A DNA stretch of 64,000 nt from Octopus sinensis (GCF_006345805.1 NC_043004.1:64852001-64916000), one strand, 5' to 3'; shown: positions 25,321-38,646, counted from the first letter of the stretch. Translations and numbers: made by a program. The notes: generated by a model not told the origin, from the sequence alone.

Positions 25321-25759
25321 TTAGGTTAAATTAATCCTAGTAGAGTTTTGGAATATTGCGAAAAGGGAAAGGATGAACAGAAATGTAAAATAAAAAAATT
25401 AGATTTCAGGAGGATTTTTTTTTTTTTCAGATTCATAATTCACAAAAGTACTAACAATTAAGCAGAGAAATACTACACAATTCCTTGCCCTTTTCATTCC
25501 TATAATGACAGCTATTCCAAACTGCCCCAATCATTTGTTTTGTGTGTGGCTGTTTAACATTTGGCCTTAACAAAGGGACTATTTTTTTATCTTTTGTAGA
25601 CACCACACCGTGACAAGTGAGATTGACAGGGATTCATGATTGTATTGGACAGTTGAAGACAAGAAAATATGGAAACAGAGGAGTGGGGTTTAAAGTAGCC
25701 TCTAATCAATTTGTTGCCAGTATCCAAATCAGAATATCAATAACGTATTAAATAGGGTT

Positions 25760-25957
25760 TTCTCTTTTGTTTCAGTCATTTAACTGTGGCCATGCAGGAG
25801 CACCACCTTTAGTCGAGCAACTCAACCACAGTACTTATTCTTTGGCAGCCTAGTACTTATTTTATCAGTCTCTTTTGCCGAACCGCTAAGTTACAGGGAC
25901 GTAAACAAACCACCATCGGTTGTCAAGCGATGTTGGGGGGACAAACACAGACACACA

Positions 25958-25998
<41 letters not shown>

Positions 25999-26132
25999 GA
26001 CAGGCTTCTTTGAGCTTCCGTCTACCAAATCCACTCACAAGGCTTTGGTCGGCCCGGGGCTATAGTAGAAGACACTTGCCCAAGGTGTCACGCAGTGGGA
26101 ATGAACCCGGAACCATGTGGTTGGTAAGCAAT
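25760..26132 (-). mobile_element. OK/OR-like SINE
   Basis: Family match with internal (TA)n. Confidence 0.85.
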
Positions 26133-26449
26133 CCTTTTGGAAAAAAATATCTTACCCTTTCTGTTGATATTACAATGTAGGTGAAAACAAAAAAGTGAAA
26201 GTAAATAAAATCCTTACTTTAGTAAACTTTTTTTTTTTCATTTATATTTTGTTAACCCTGTCAAAACAAATATAGACTATACAATCTATATTCTATATAT
26301 ATTATAGATGGATATATAATACTGATGCTTTAATACATAAAAGGGGAAAAAATAATGCTATTTACTTATTTATTGGCAGCACAAAAAATGACAACCAGCA
26401 ACTTAAGCTAACAGTAAAAAAGATTCCACTCTTAAACTTTCAAATTATA

Positions 26450-27597
26450 AGCATAAACTTTTTGTTCAGAATCATAATTACCAATCATTGTTCACTCATT
26501 GTATTTTTTGTAGTTCCTATGGCATTTGTTTGCCTTTCTACAATCAACATCTTTGTAATAGAGAGTTCTGTTATACAAATTGAAAGGGTTAAGAGATATT
26601 AGCATCAAACAAATACATCCCAGAGTTGGCTCTTATCCTCACCACTCTTCAATCACAGAAATATATTTCAATCTTTGGAAACATGCTTCAGTGTCTCATT
26701 TCCAAAAAGTTAACTCCTCTGGCCTTACTATCCTTCTTATATTTCAACCATTAACAATTTTCTCCAACACCTTGACTCTCTCTCTCTCACTGTCTTTAAT
26801 GTCTATCAGTATGGCTTTCAAAATAAAAGGCCAATCTACTAGAGGCCTACTCTCTCCCACCACCACCTACATCACTCACCCTTGAAGTTTTGGAAGTAGC
26901 AATGAATAGACTGACATTAGTAAAAATTTTGACTATGTCTGGCACACAAATCTCTGCTTGTTTATGGGCTTCGACCATTTTACATATCAGTAGTTTCAGG
27001 TCAGGTCATACTACACTGTATTGACAAATAAAACACTCTCTGATCCATAATATCAACTCCTATACATCAAATGATCTACATGCCACTAACTCAACAATGC
27101 CCATTCCTACACATACACACGGCATGGCCCCTAACTCTTCCCTAACCTTCTACTAAAAGTGTAATCCACATGCAACCTCGACACCTCATGTCATGCTCTT
27201 GCACCATAACGAGGTCTTGAAACTGATTGTGTCACCTTCAAAAGAGAGAAAATACAACCACTGCAGGTGTGGCTGTGGTTAAGAAAGTTACTTACCAACC
27301 ACAAAGTTTTGGGCAGGTGTCATCTGCTACAGTCCCAAGCCAACCAACTTTTGGGCAAGTATCATCTACTATAGTTCTGGTCAACCCACGTATTTGAGAG
27401 GATATGGTAGATGCTGAAAGAATTGTGTGCATATAGGCACAGGAATGGCTGTGTGGTAAGTAGCTTACTTACCAACCACATGGTTTCAGGTTCATTCCCA
27501 CTGTGTAGCACCTTGGGCAAGTGTCTTCTACTATAGCCTCGGGCTGACCAAAGCCTTGTGAGTGGATGTGGTAGACAGAAACTGAAAGAAGCCCGTC

Positions 27598-27639
<42 letters not shown>

Positions 27640-28930
27640 ATGTGTGTGTGTGTTTATGTGTTTGTCCCCCCCAACATCGCTTGACAACCGATGGTGGTGT
27701 GTTTACATCCCCATAACTTAGTGGTTTGGCAAAAGAGACCTATAGAATAAGTACTAGGCTTACAGAGAATAAGTCCTGGGGTCAATTTGCTCGACTAAAG
27801 GTGATGCTCCAGCATGGCCACAGTCAAATGACTGAAACAAGTAAAAAGGGTGAAAGGGTATAAATGCATACATACAAGCACATATACATATGTATATGTG
27901 TATGTTTGTATCTCCTTGTACTTGCCTTGACATTGTGTGGTAGTTGTAAATGAGTGCAACTGTCATACAAGTAGTGCCATTCATTCCCAATGTGCTCCAA
28001 AAATATGCCCAGCCATGGGAAAATATTATCTTGCATGGAAACAAGTGAGAGTTGGCAACAAGAAGAGCATCTGACCACAGAAAATTTGCTTTAATAAATT
28101 CAAGCCGTTCCTGGTAAGCAATGACAAGCAGGCATTAAAGCAATGATAATGAAATTGTGTTTATCAAGAAAACAGTCACCTCACCAAACATGTACAACAC
28201 ACAACCAGAACCATCATGAGTAATACTAATGATGGGCTTCATCATCATTGAGGATCTCTGCTGGTGAACACACATCTTCAACATAACTAAGAGTGATCCA
28301 TCTCTTCAGAGCCAGGAAATACTTTAGAAGCTCACCCCAATTACTGATGTTGTACAAAGCCTCAGCCACAATGAAGAAGTACTACTGGGACAGGACTGCT
28401 ACTACACACACAACACATAGATATCCTCAACAGTTTCCAAAGTTACCTGACAGACTGGCATGCAACTGCTCATGAACACCACCCAACTTCTGGCCTTCAG
28501 ATATCCTGGCTCCTCTTTCTGCCTCTTCAACTGCTGCTACTGTGCTTTCTGCTCATCGGCCAAATCTTAAGAGCAGAGGTGAGTGTAGGAAAGACAAAAA
28601 AGACAAATTATGTGTGAGGAAGAGGTTGGAGTGTGTTGGTGATGGGGTCGAAGATGTCTGTAATCTTATGATTTAATCATCTTGAGAATAACTTTTAAAG
28701 GAACGCTACCCTAGCTGGTCTTCAGAGCTGACTTGTCTGATGCCATCTACACTCCAAACCTCCCAACTCACTCATACTCTTGATTCTCATAACGCAACCA
28801 CTTTGCACACCGGACAACACACTAAACATTATGCAAACTCCTTCCTTTTCAGAATGTTGTCTGTCTTGAGTTACCTCCCCACATTATCAATTCTTTTAAC
28901 AATTCAAGCAGAACATTAAGTGTCAACTTC
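26450..28930 (+). mobile_element. Highly degenerate LINE RT relic interrupted by SINE and RTE-tail insertions
   Basis: DISK.FD.VWH-like (about 26915-26945), LYI.D-like (about 27060) and HYANSFLFR (about 28826) remnants. Confidence 0.5.
27435..27850 (+). mobile_element. OK/OR-like SINE, full length
   Basis: tRNA-like head, central TA/TG tract and 3' tail cagcatggccacagtcaaatgactgaaac. Confidence 0.88.
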
Positions 28931-29467
28931 GTTGGTCTCAGGGTCTCGTAGAAGCCATGAATACAATCCTTTCCTCTAGACGAGACAAAAAAATTTTTTT
29001 TTTAAGTGCTGACTTGGGGCAACACAACAACAACTTTATAGAGGTAGCAATTATAGCCAGGTTTTTATTTTCATTTCACATAACAAAACTAAAATATTCA
29101 AAACAATTTCAACAACATTAAACAACAGTGATATAAAAAAAAAACTACTATGTAAATAATATCCAGTGATGATATTTCATAAGTTTTAATGAAGTCTCTT
29201 GTCATTCTAGGGATGAAGTGTTGAGTGTGGCCGTTGAGGATGGCTAAACAATATGAGTGATGAGAGGAGAGGCGTGTGAGTGAGGAAGGCCTGGGCCTGA
29301 GTGGAGTTCAACTGAAACCAGCCAAATCTTAAGAGCAGAGGTGAGTGTAGGAAAGACAGAAAGACAAGACAAATTGTGTGGGGGGAAGGGGTTGAAGTGT
29401 GTTGATGATGGGGTCGAAGATGGTTATCTTAAGAATAACTTTTGAAGGAACTCTGCCCTAGCTGGTC
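28559..29467. repeat. Local direct duplication of ~150 bp (28559-28720 / 29321-29467)
   Basis: gccaaatcttaagagcagaggtgagtgtaggaaagaca...ccctagctggtc occurs twice. Confidence 0.85.
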
Positions 29468-29562
29468 CCAAGCCCAGTTAAGAAAGGAGGAGGAGGAGGG
29501 TGGTAAGAGAGTCTACAAACATATTTGTTTATACCGAGTTAACTGATTAACATTAACAAATG

Positions 29563-31335
29563 TCATAGAGGAGTAGTTACTCTTTTGTGTAAACATTTGT
29601 GGGCTAGAAGATGACCTTGTTGAGAGAATGCCTTACCACATACATCACAGTGATAAGGTTTGTCACCTGTGTGAATGCGTTTATGGTTCAACAAATGACC
29701 ACTTCGAGAGAATGATTTACCACAGATATCACAGTTGTATGGTTTCTCTCCTGTATGAATGCGTATGTGTGTGTTTAAGTCAGTACTAGAAGTGAATGTT
29801 TTATCACAGAAATCACAGTGATATGGTTTCTCTCCTGTGTGAAGACGCCGATGTCGCAATAAGTTACAAGTGCGTGAGAAAGCTTTACTACATATATCAC
29901 ATTCATATGGTTTCTCTCCTGTGTGAATACTTCGGTGTGTAGATAATGAATTACTAGCAGTGAATGTTTTTCCACAGATATCACAGTGATATGGCCTCTC
30001 ACCAGTGTGAATACGTTTATGTGTTGATACAGAACTACTTTCAGAAAATGCTTTTCCACAGATATTACAACGATATGGTTTTTCTCCCGTGTGAATACGT
30101 TTGTGTTTGGATAAAGAATCATTGGCAGAGAAAGATTTGCCACAAATATCACAGTGATACGGTTTTTCTCCTGTGTGGATTCGTCTATGAGTGAGTAAAG
30201 TAGAACTATCGGTGAACATCCGGCCACAGACGCCACATTGATATGGTTTCTCTCCTGTGTGAATACGTTTGTGTTTAGTTAAATGACCATTTATAGTGAA
30301 CGATTTACCACAAACATCACAATGGAATGGTTTCTCACCTGTGTGAATGCGTTTGTGTTCATTCAAATGACTGTTTCGAGAGAAAGCTTTACCACAAATG
30401 TCGCAGGGGCACGGCTTCAATCCTGTATGGATACGCTTGTGGTTAGATAAATACTGATTTGTAGAGAAATGTTTACCACATATATCACACTGGTAGGGTT
30501 TCTCTCCTGAATGAAGAGGTTTATGGGAAAGCAAATTACCTCTTTGGGAGAATGCTTTACCACAAATATCGCAATGGTATCGTTTTTCCCCTGTGTGAAT
30601 ATATTTGTGGTTTGATAGATATTCATTAGTAGAGAACTTTTTACCACAAATATCACAGTGATACGGTTTTTCTCCTGTATGAATACGTTTATGGGCCATT
30701 AAATTAGAACTCTGAGAGAACGTCATACCACAAATATCACAGTGATATGGCTTCTCTCCTGTGTGAAAGCGCTTGTGTTTAGATAAGCTACTATTTACAG
30801 AGAATGCTTTCCCACAAAGATCACAGTGATAGGGTTTCTCACCCGTGTGAATAAGCTTGTGTGTTGTTACCGAACTACTTGCAGAGAAGCTTTTACCACA
30901 GATATCACAGTGGTATGGTTTTTCTCCTGTGTGAATACGTTTGTGTACAGATAAAGAACCATTTACAGTGAAGGTTTTACCACAAATATCACAATGGAAT
31001 GGCTTCTCACCTGTGTGAATACGTTTGTGTGTCAATAAATCCCTATTTCGTGAGAATACTTTGCCACAAATACTACAGTTGTATGGTTTCAGACCTGTAT
31101 GAAGATGTTTATGGTTAGATAAATATTCATTCGAAGAGAATTTTTTACCACATATATCACAGCCAAACAATTTTGAATCTGTATGCATCAATTTATGTTG
31201 AGTGAAATATTTTCTTATTTTAAAAGACTTTCCACAGACATCACACCTGTACATCTTTCCTGTTTGATGAGAGACATCATTACTATCAGGTGTTTTTTCC
31301 TTATGTATCTGACTTTCACTAAGTTTCTCTTCCAT
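29563..31335 (-). CDS. Poly-C2H2 zinc-finger protein A, 590 aa, 20 tandem fingers, no recognisable effector domain
   Basis: Uninterrupted ORF of CxxC-x12-HxxxH repeats with TGEKPY linkers after a ~28-aa leader. Confidence 0.95.
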   Translation of the reverse strand: MEEKLSESQIHKEKTPDSNDVSHQTGKMYRCDVCGKSFKIRKYFTQHKLMHTDSKLFGCDICGKKFSSNEYLSNHKHLHTGLKPYNCSICGKVFSRNRDLLTHKRIHTGEKPFHCDICGKTFTVNGSLSVHKRIHTGEKPYHCDICGKSFSASSSVTTHKLIHTGEKPYHCDLCGKAFSVNSSLSKHKRFHTGEKPYHCDICGMTFSQSSNLMAHKRIHTGEKPYHCDICGKKFSTNEYLSNHKYIHTGEKRYHCDICGKAFSQRGNLLSHKPLHSGEKPYQCDICGKHFSTNQYLSNHKRIHTGLKPCPCDICGKAFSRNSHLNEHKRIHTGEKPFHCDVCGKSFTINGHLTKHKRIHTGEKPYQCGVCGRMFTDSSTLLTHRRIHTGEKPYHCDICGKSFSANDSLSKHKRIHTGEKPYRCNICGKAFSESSSVSTHKRIHTGERPYHCDICGKTFTASNSLSTHRSIHTGEKPYECDICSKAFSRTCNLLRHRRLHTGEKPYHCDFCDKTFTSSTDLNTHIRIHTGEKPYNCDICGKSFSRSGHLLNHKRIHTGDKPYHCDVCGKAFSQQGHLLAHKCLHKRVTTPL

Positions 31336-31734
31336 ACTGTTGAATCTTCATAAAATAGAAAACTACGTTTCCTCTGTAATTTTCAAGAGATATATTTCTA
31401 CTAAAAATTTTCAAAAATGCTATTTTCTTCAAAACTTGATTATGTCTCAGCTGAAAGACAAAAATATTTTTCTTGTAATTCAGTCTTGAATTCAGAAATA
31501 ATTCCGTTACGGCCAAGCCATAAATAGATAAATGTAAGAAAGAGGAACGTCTCAGTAAACTTTGCTGTGACACCATCACAGGAAGAGTGTAAAAAGTTAT
31601 ACAGAGTCAGTCATAATGGAGTAAACTGCAATTAACAAGAAATAATTCATATTGATAGAAGTGAAGTTACATAAACAAGATCCTTATATCCTTGATCATG
31701 TCATTCTTTAGTCTTCAGTCTGTCGTCTCACCAG

Positions 31735-31752
31735 ATACCCTGAAATAAATAA
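31735..31752 (-). promoter_or_regulatory. Putative splice acceptor upstream of ZNF A (tttcag|ggtat)
   Basis: The same acceptor and downstream UTR sequence are conserved upstream of ZNF B at about 48969. Confidence 0.6.
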
Positions 31753-31977
31753 CAGCAGAGGTCATTAGTGAAGAGTGTATAAGTCACAGGCATTGAAAAG
31801 ACAGCAAAACAGACATGGGTAATATATGGAGATAGAAAGAGGAAAGACAGTCACATGGACATGTGGTTGAAATGGGTGATGTTAATTAGGGTAGTAAACA
31901 GCGCCAAAAAGAACTACATATATGTATATATATATATATATATTTATCAAAAGAAAAACAGGATGCAAAGGATTTAG

Positions 31978-32062
31978 CAGTACATATGTTTCTGGCTTTA
32001 TTGGACAATTTATATCAATGCATAATTGATGTAACATGTATGTCAATAGCCTTCTTCAGCCG
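31978..32062 (-). ncRNA. Type I hammerhead ribozyme with long stem II, canonical core
   Basis: Reverse complement: cgg-CTGAAGA-a-GGCT.attgac...gtccaata.AGCC-a-GAAA-CATATG-T-A-ctg, with palindromic stem III (ACATATGT). Confidence 0.65.
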
Positions 32063-32549
32063 TGTACAATTACCACACCAAAGACATGTATTACATTATA
32101 GCAGGTTTGAGAAGAAGTTTGGGAAAAAGAGTTTCGTTGGGAATGCAAATCTTCACAGCTGTATATGGCATAGCGAGACACCAAAACGTCCATACCGTTT
32201 TTTCACTTGATAAAGAATGAGGAGGTTGGATGTTGAGGTAAAGAGGGAAGAAGTGGAAGGGGGTGAATCTTTAATGAAGTTGGGATCACAAAGAGGAAGA
32301 AGTATATGTATAAATCTAAACCTGATTATACAGGATAATAGTAAGTGCAAAATGTAATAAAAGGGTAAAGATGTAAAAAAAAGTATATAAAGATACAAAG
32401 GATGTCCTACGTGTACGCGTGTGTGTGTGTGTTGGGGGGGGGGGGTCTAAAGTTCTGGAGCTGTATTGTGGTAGTGTAGAAGTGAAAAATAGCAAGGAAA
32501 TACAAATAAAGATAAAGAAGCGAAAAAATGAAGCCGAAAAATAAAAATA

Positions 32550-33136
32550 TGTAAGAATTAGCACTTCCTTCTCAAAGCTTGGATTCGAAATCAGACCCAA
32601 GAATCATTGGTCGTAAAATACCAATGCACAAAAAGGCGCGAAATCAGAATCTCTTTGTTCTGACAAAAAATGATGGATCGTCTCCCTTCGACCTCTGACC
32701 CGAGCAGGTCAGGCGAAGTTTAACAGGACGACCAGCGACCTACTGTACGCAATAACACTCTTGCGGTATATCTATTTTTCTGGCTATTTGAGATGTTATA
32801 AATAGAACGGAGAAATAGGTATCTAGAGAGAACCCGAACCAACGTTTAAGAGAACGCCACGCATTTATGAGGACGACGAAAGAATAATCAGAAAGGTGAC
32901 TCTGTCATGCATGATTTACACACACGCACACACACACACACCATCAAACATATTCTGCTTTAATGTGTATCCTGTATTATGCATTCCTTTAATATGTATT
33001 ATTTGCAACCACTATCTAATATGCATTTTGTACAAGCGATGTGTAACATTGCTTACAAATTGATGTAGTGATAATAAATCTTTAATTTATTACAAAGCAC
33101 TTATGTATTTATTAATACATCCACGCATCCACTACA
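32550..33136 (+). repeat. 5' LTR
   Basis: tgtaagaatt...ccactaca; no differences from the 3' LTR noticed by eye. Confidence 0.97.
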
Positions 33137-33137
33137 T

Positions 33138-34130
33138 TTGGTGACCCCGCAAAACGAATCGCGCCTTCCCCGGAACCAGCTTCATCAACCGCGTCGAAGA
33201 ATTACAGTTTGCACATCACCAGCAACGAAGCAACTGAAAATTCCGACGAAAACAATGAATCTCCCGGAACAAAATCCAGCGGCCAACATCGACATGGCAT
33301 TCCAAGCGGCGATCTCGTTAAAAATTCCACCATTCTGGACCCACGACCCGACATTGTGGTTTCACCATATAGAGGCACAGTTTGCCTCTCACAGAATATC
33401 GAGCGATGCGGCTCGACTTTCTCACGTTATCAGTTCTCTGTCACCAGAAATAACGAACGTGATACGCGACCTTATCATGGCACCACCCGGTTCTGTTTCA
33501 TATGAAGTTTTTAAAACCACGTTAATAAACAGAACCTCAGAATCCCAACAAAAAAGACTTCACCAGCTTCTGATATCGGAAGAATTGGGTGACAAAACGC
33601 CGTCCCAGCTTCTTCGGAGAATGAAACAGCTTCTCGGAGATGAGACGCTCCCAGAAAAAATCTTCAAGCAACTTTTTCTCCAGCGTCTGCCCTCCAATAC
33701 CCAGGTTGTTCTCGCGTCCACCAGAGAAAACACATCCCTTGAAGAACTGGTGGAGCTAGCTGACAAAATAGCCGAAGTACCGCACAGATATCCAACGGTA
33801 TCAACGGTGACGCCAGCCGCTCCCAGTACCAATCCTTTCCGTGCACAAACCAGTTCTTCAGAGATTTCGGATTTGCGTGCATTAATGACGCAGCAAGCTG
33901 CGCAAATACAAATTCTCACAGCCCAAATACAAGCCCTAAAGTTTAGTCCCCAGCGTCGAAGCACCAGCCGATCTCGACGAGATGGCAGACGGTCTCGAAG
34001 CCCCAGTGCTACCCGAAACTCACATGACACGTGTTGGTACCACCGAACATTCGGAACACGGGCACAAAAATGTACGGTACCGTGCTCGTTTTCCTCACCC
34101 AGTTCGGGAAACGGCACAGCCAGGAATTGA
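33138..34130 (+). CDS. gag: Gag (probable ATG start near 33254), with a CHCC-type knuckle
   Basis: [22 protein letters not shown]-terminal motif, [13 protein letters not shown], an RS-rich segment and [18 protein letters not shown]. Confidence 0.9.
   Translation: MVTPQNESRLPRNQLHQPRRRITVCTSPATKQLKIPTKTMNLPEQNPAANIDMAFQAAISLKIPPFWTHDPTLWFHHIEAQFASHRISSDAARLSHVISSLSPEITNVIRDLIMAPPGSVSYEVFKTTLINRTSESQQKRLHQLLISEELGDKTPSQLLRRMKQLLGDETLPEKIFKQLFLQRLPSNTQVVLASTRENTSLEELVELADKIAEVPHRYPTVSTVTPAAPSTNPFRAQTSSSEISDLRALMTQQAAQIQILTAQIQALKFSPQRRSTSRSRRDGRRSRSPSATRNSHDTCWYHRTFGTRAQKCTVPCSFSSPSSGNGTARN
33139..33149 (+). promoter_or_regulatory. Primer binding site, tRNA-Trp
   Basis: TGGTGACCCCG, 2 nt after the LTR, is complementary to the tRNA-Trp 3' end (CGGGGUCACCA). 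Confidence 0.85.
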
Positions 34131-37100
34131 ACGCGACGGAAGTTCCTGGTTCGCACCCACACAGTCGCCTGTTTTTCGTTTGCGATCGTGTAACAGGCAC
34201 GCGTTTCCTGGTTGACACAGGTGCGGAAGTCAGCATCATCCCAGTCTCCAACACTTCTGGAAAAAGAAAAGAGACATCAGTCTGTCTTCAGGCAGTCAAC
34301 CATTCACCCATTCCAACCTACGGTGAACAGTCCCTAACATTAAACATAGGACTACGCCGCACATTTCAGTGGGTATTCGTCGTCGCTAAACTGCCGACCC
34401 CTATCTTAGGAGCCGATTTCCTGCATCATTTCGGTCTCCTGGTAGACATAAAGAACAGACGACTTGTCGACACCACCACCAAGCTTACTGTGCGCGGTAT
34501 AGCCGCTCGAATGGACACAGTCAGCCCAACTGTAATGCTTACGACAACGACTCGTCACAGTTCCATCCTGAATGATTATCCAGATGTCGCCCGGCCAGTT
34601 TTTCATAACCAGCCGATAAAGCACGACGTTACCCACCACATCAAAACCAGCGGTCCACCTGTTGCTGCAAGGCCCAGAAGGTTACCACCTGATCGTCTCC
34701 AGGCCGTCAAGCGGGAATTCCAGCACATGCTCGACCTCGGAATCATCCGCGTTTCCAGCAGCAACTGGTCCTCGCCGATACACTGCGTCCCAAAAAAATC
34801 ATCGACCGATTGGCGGGTTTGCGGCGATTATCGATCACTGAATAAAAGCACTATCAGTGATGCCTATCCGGTGCCTTTTCTTCAGGACTTTTCGAGCTTG
34901 CTGCATGGAGCTCGCATCTTTTCAAAAATCGACCTGGTGCGAGCATACAACCAAATCCCAGTCGAACCTGCAGACATCTCAAAGACAGCAGTGACTACAC
35001 CTTTCGGAATGTTTGAATTCCTGCGTATGCCTTTCGGTTTACGAAACGTGGCACAGACATTCCAAAGGTTTATCGACATGGTGACTAGAGGTTTGCCTTT
35101 CGTCTATGCCTACATAGACGACATACTCGTGGCCAGTAACTCGGACGAAGAGCATAATCAACACCTTCACCTGCTATTCGGACGACTACGTCAATTTGGA
35201 ATTGTTATCAACCCTACCAAATGTTTGTTCGGAGTTGCTTCCCTTCATTTTCTCGGCCATATAGTCGATAAAAATGGAATTCGTCCTCTTCCCGAGAAAG
35301 TCAAGGCCATCGTGGATTTTCCACCACCCACATCTCTCCGCAAATTAAGGGAATATCTCGGTCTAGCGAATTTCTATCGACGGTTCGTGCCCCACCTCGC
35401 TGAAACAGCGCAACCGCTCACGGATTTGCTACGTCAGCGAACCTGCAAAAACGCAGATATAGCTCTGACCGAAGATCAACTCGTTTCTTTCGCTGCCCTG
35501 AAAAAAGCGTTATCTAGCGCTACCATGTTGGTTTATCCAAAACCAGACGCCCCACGATGTTTACTCGTTGATGCATCCGATTCCGGAATCGGAGGTGTGC
35601 TACAACAGCTTGTTGACGGTATATGGCAACCGTTGTCTTTCTTTTCTAAGCGGTTAAAACCCGCGGAAACCAAATACAGCACATTCAGTCGGGAATTATT
35701 GGCGGCATACCTGGCCGTTAAGCATTTCCGTCATATGCTAGAAGGTACCAATTTTGCCATATATACCGACCACAAGCCATTAGTATACGCATTTAACACC
35801 AAACCGGATCGCCATTCGCCGAGAGAAATTCGTCACCTCGACTTCATATCGCAGTACACGACGGATATACGCCACATCAAAGGGACGACCAACGTGGCAG
35901 CCGATGCACTTTCACGTGCGCAGATCAATGCTATCCACACCACGTCTACAATTGATCTGGCACGTATAGCAGCTGACCAGGAGAATGACGAAGAACTTCT
36001 AAAGCTCCGGAATTCGTCATCTCTGAAATTTCAGCATGTTCCACTACCATCATCCACAGCCCATATTTGGTGTGATATTTCCACTGGTTACCAACGCCCT
36101 TATGTACCACAGAAATATCGTCGAGAAGTTTTCTCCGCTCTACATTCTCTGTCACATCCTGGTATTCGCTCCTCTCAAAAGCTAATATCGACCCGTTTTG
36201 TGTGGACCAGTATCAACAAGGATATCAGAGAATGGACCAAGTGCTGTGTTGCGTGCCAAAAAGCGAAAATCCACCGGCACATAAAATCACCAATCGGTTC
36301 ATTTTCGCAGCCCGATGCACGATTTCAGCACGTTCACATTGATATCGTTGGACCCCTGCCACCTTCGCAGAACTATTCATATTTGCTAACTTGCGTAGAT
36401 AGGTTCTCGCGATGGCCCGAAGCCTGGCCCCTATCTGATATATCAGCAGAAACGGTCGCTAAAACGCTGATATCACAATGGGTTTCGCGTTTTGGCACAC
36501 CCGCAACAATTACCACAGACAGAGGACGTCAGTTCGATTCCCACCTTTTCACCGAGCTGACTCGTCTCCTCGGGTGTAAACACACCCGCACTACAGCTTA
36601 CCACCCTGCAGCAAATGGCATGGTGGAACGCTTTCACCGCCAACTCAAGGCATCTATAAAAGCAGCTCCAAACAGTTCTCACTGGTTGGAACATCTCCCT
36701 CTCATCCTCCTTGGAATTCGATCCACGATTAAGGAAGAACTGAGATATACTCCGGCCGAACTCGTTTATGGCACAACACTCACCTTACCTGGGCAGATGA
36801 TCGAACCTGTTTCACAAAACTTCCCTGACCCACAACAATATGTGCACCGATTACGAACATCCATGTCGCAAGTATCACCCTCAGGCCCCAGACAACAGAA
36901 CGTCGTTTCACGTGTCCCAAAAGATATCAACACATGGACTCATGTCTTCGTGAGGAATGATGGGATACCCTCTCAACTTCGACCACCATATTCCGGGCCC
37001 TACAAGGTCATCAAAAGAGAACCCAAGTATTTCGTCCTCGATATTGGAGGTAAACGAAATACGGTCTCGATTGATCGTTTAAAAAAAGCTTTCATCGAGG

Positions 37101-37273
37101 AGGACTTACATTCAGTCCCCTCTTTTCCTCAAACAGACTCGGCAACTCCAGCGAACACCACAGATGCTGCACAACCCCGACACACCAAATCAGGAAGAAC
37201 AGTTCGAGGGCCAGCAAGGTTTGTGCAAGTTTTTCGGGTAAGTTCTGAACTCCTAACGTATCCATCTTCCTAA
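34031..37273 (+). CDS. pol: Pol (protease, RT, RNase H, integrase), in the -1 frame relative to gag
   Basis: FLVDTGA, YIDD, VDASD..RELLA..TDHKPL, HHCC, DDE (HIDIVG, TTDRG, GMVER) and a GPY motif; no stops. Confidence 0.96.
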   Translation: MLVPPNIRNTGTKMYGTVLVFLTQFGKRHSQELNATEVPGSHPHSRLFFVCDRVTGTRFLVDTGAEVSIIPVSNTSGKRKETSVCLQAVNHSPIPTYGEQSLTLNIGLRRTFQWVFVVAKLPTPILGADFLHHFGLLVDIKNRRLVDTTTKLTVRGIAARMDTVSPTVMLTTTTRHSSILNDYPDVARPVFHNQPIKHDVTHHIKTSGPPVAARPRRLPPDRLQAVKREFQHMLDLGIIRVSSSNWSSPIHCVPKKSSTDWRVCGDYRSLNKSTISDAYPVPFLQDFSSLLHGARIFSKIDLVRAYNQIPVEPADISKTAVTTPFGMFEFLRMPFGLRNVAQTFQRFIDMVTRGLPFVYAYIDDILVASNSDEEHNQHLHLLFGRLRQFGIVINPTKCLFGVASLHFLGHIVDKNGIRPLPEKVKAIVDFPPPTSLRKLREYLGLANFYRRFVPHLAETAQPLTDLLRQRTCKNADIALTEDQLVSFAALKKALSSATMLVYPKPDAPRCLLVDASDSGIGGVLQQLVDGIWQPLSFFSKRLKPAETKYSTFSRELLAAYLAVKHFRHMLEGTNFAIYTDHKPLVYAFNTKPDRHSPREIRHLDFISQYTTDIRHIKGTTNVAADALSRAQINAIHTTSTIDLARIAADQENDEELLKLRNSSSLKFQHVPLPSSTAHIWCDISTGYQRPYVPQKYRREVFSALHSLSHPGIRSSQKLISTRFVWTSINKDIREWTKCCVACQKAKIHRHIKSPIGSFSQPDARFQHVHIDIVGPLPPSQNYSYLLTCVDRFSRWPEAWPLSDISAETVAKTLISQWVSRFGTPATITTDRGRQFDSHLFTELTRLLGCKHTRTTAYHPAANGMVERFHRQLKASIKAAPNSSHWLEHLPLILLGIRSTIKEELRYTPAELVYGTTLTLPGQMIEPVSQNFPDPQQYVHRLRTSMSQVSPSGPRQQNVVSRVPKDINTWTHVFVRNDGIPSQLRPPYSGPYKVIKREPKYFVLDIGGKRNTVSIDRLKKAFIEEDLHSVPSFPQTDSATPANTTDAAQPRHTKSGRTVRGPARFVQVFRVSSELLTYPSS
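34106..34154 (+). promoter_or_regulatory. -1 ribosomal frameshift signal: G GGA AAC plus H-type pseudoknot
   Basis: The heptamer is in the gag frame, followed by a 6-nt spacer and the stem gccaggaatt/agttcctggt; loop gcga can pair with downstream tcgc. Confidence 0.82.
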
Positions 37274-37830
37274 TGAACACATAACTGCATCACCCACCCA
37301 GAGAAATCAAAGAACATTTGTGTACGTAAAGAAAAAAAAAATGAAAACAAAAACTGTCTGTATGAACTTTTACGGAACATTTCAAAATCGAACTTTGCCG
37401 ATGAACATTTCTTTCATTTTTGCATGTACATATTTTTTGTTTTCTCTTCAAAATGTTTGCTTTCTCATAAATATATTTTTTTGCTAACTGTATATCCACA
37501 CACATTTACAAATCTTGTTCTCATGCGTGCTATCACTCGATTTTTTTTTTCGCCACAGAAAGATACCTTGTCTCTATTAGACCTCTAGTAGGTCGAGTAA
37601 TCAATAGACGCACATCTCTTTCAACGCGCCAACATAATTCTGCCTGGGCACATATACATATTGCCCACCATATAGCACATACAAATTGTAAACCTTTCAT
37701 CCATATTTTTATCGTTCAATGTGTAAAAAAAATTTTTTTTTCTACATGCACACAATCAAAAAAAAAAAATAATAAAAATAATAATAATAATACATTTCCA
37801 ATATCGTTCGATCTCTGTGGCTTTCTCACT

Positions 37831-37843
37831 AGAAGGGGAGTAG
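37831..37843 (+). promoter_or_regulatory. Polypurine tract
   Basis: agaaggggagtag lies immediately before the 3' LTR. Confidence 0.88.
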
Positions 37844-38430
37844 TGTAAGAATTAGCACTTCCTTCTCAAAGCTTGGATTCGAAATCAGACCCAAGAATCA
37901 TTGGTCGTAAAATACCAATGCACAAAAAGGCGCGAAATCAGAATCTCTTTGTTCTGACAAAAAATGATGGATCGTCTCCCTTCGACCTCTGACCCGAGCA
38001 GGTCAGGCGAAGTTTAACAGGACGACCAGCGACCTACTGTACGCAATAACACTCTTGCGGTATATCTATTTTTCTGGCTATTTGAGATGTTATAAATAGA
38101 ACGGAGAAATAGGTATCTAGAGAGAACCCGAACCAACGTTTAAGAGAACGCCACGCATTTATGAGGACGACGAAAGAATAATCAGAAAGGTGACTCTGTC
38201 ATGCATGATTTACACACACGCACACACACACACACCATCAAACATATTCTGCTTTAATGTGTATCCTGTATTATGCATTCCTTTAATATGTATTATTTGC
38301 AACCACTATCTAATATGCATTTTGTACAAGCGATGTGTAACATTGCTTACAAATTGATGTAGTGATAATAAATCTTTAATTTATTACAAAGCACTTATGT
38401 ATTTATTAATACATCCACGCATCCACTACA
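37844..38430 (+). repeat. 3' LTR
   Basis: Direct repeat of 32550-33136. Confidence 0.97.
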
Positions 38431-38605
38431 AATAGAAAAGGATAAAAAAATAAAAAAGTGGACATAAAGATAAAGTACACATGTGTGTGTGTGTATATAT
38501 ATATATATATTAGAAGAAATGAGGTAATCAGAAGATCGGATGGTTTATATTTACAGATATTTATTTATATATTACATTTTTTACATATATATCATATCAC
38601 TTAGA

Positions 38606-38646
38606 TCATTAGCGTTTTCTCCCATTCTAGTGGGGTTTTCAAATCA
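38606..38646 (-). ncRNA. Degenerate hammerhead-like motif, U3:A8 variant
   Basis: Reverse complement: gat-TTGAAAA-cCCCA ctagaa TGGGa-GAAA-acgc-T-A-at; stems I and III are eroded. Confidence 0.4.

Larger units (their letters stand above)
32550..38430 (+). mobile_element. Full-length Ty3/Gypsy LTR retrotransposon (CsRn1-like), 5881 bp, AATA target-site duplication
   Basis: TG..CA LTRs of 587 bp each, AATA on both sides, PBS, PPT, and intact gag and pol (PR-RT-RH-IN order). Confidence 0.97.

Noticed and set aside
27440-27520. tRNA-like sequences with A/B boxes (also 41975 and 44485)
   Set aside because: They are SINE heads that continue into SINE bodies, and no full cloverleaf is evident.
33560-34162. 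200-aa antisense ORF over gag, and other antisense ORFs over L1 and RTE
   Set aside because: Shadow ORFs of GC-richer coding sequence with no recognisable domain.
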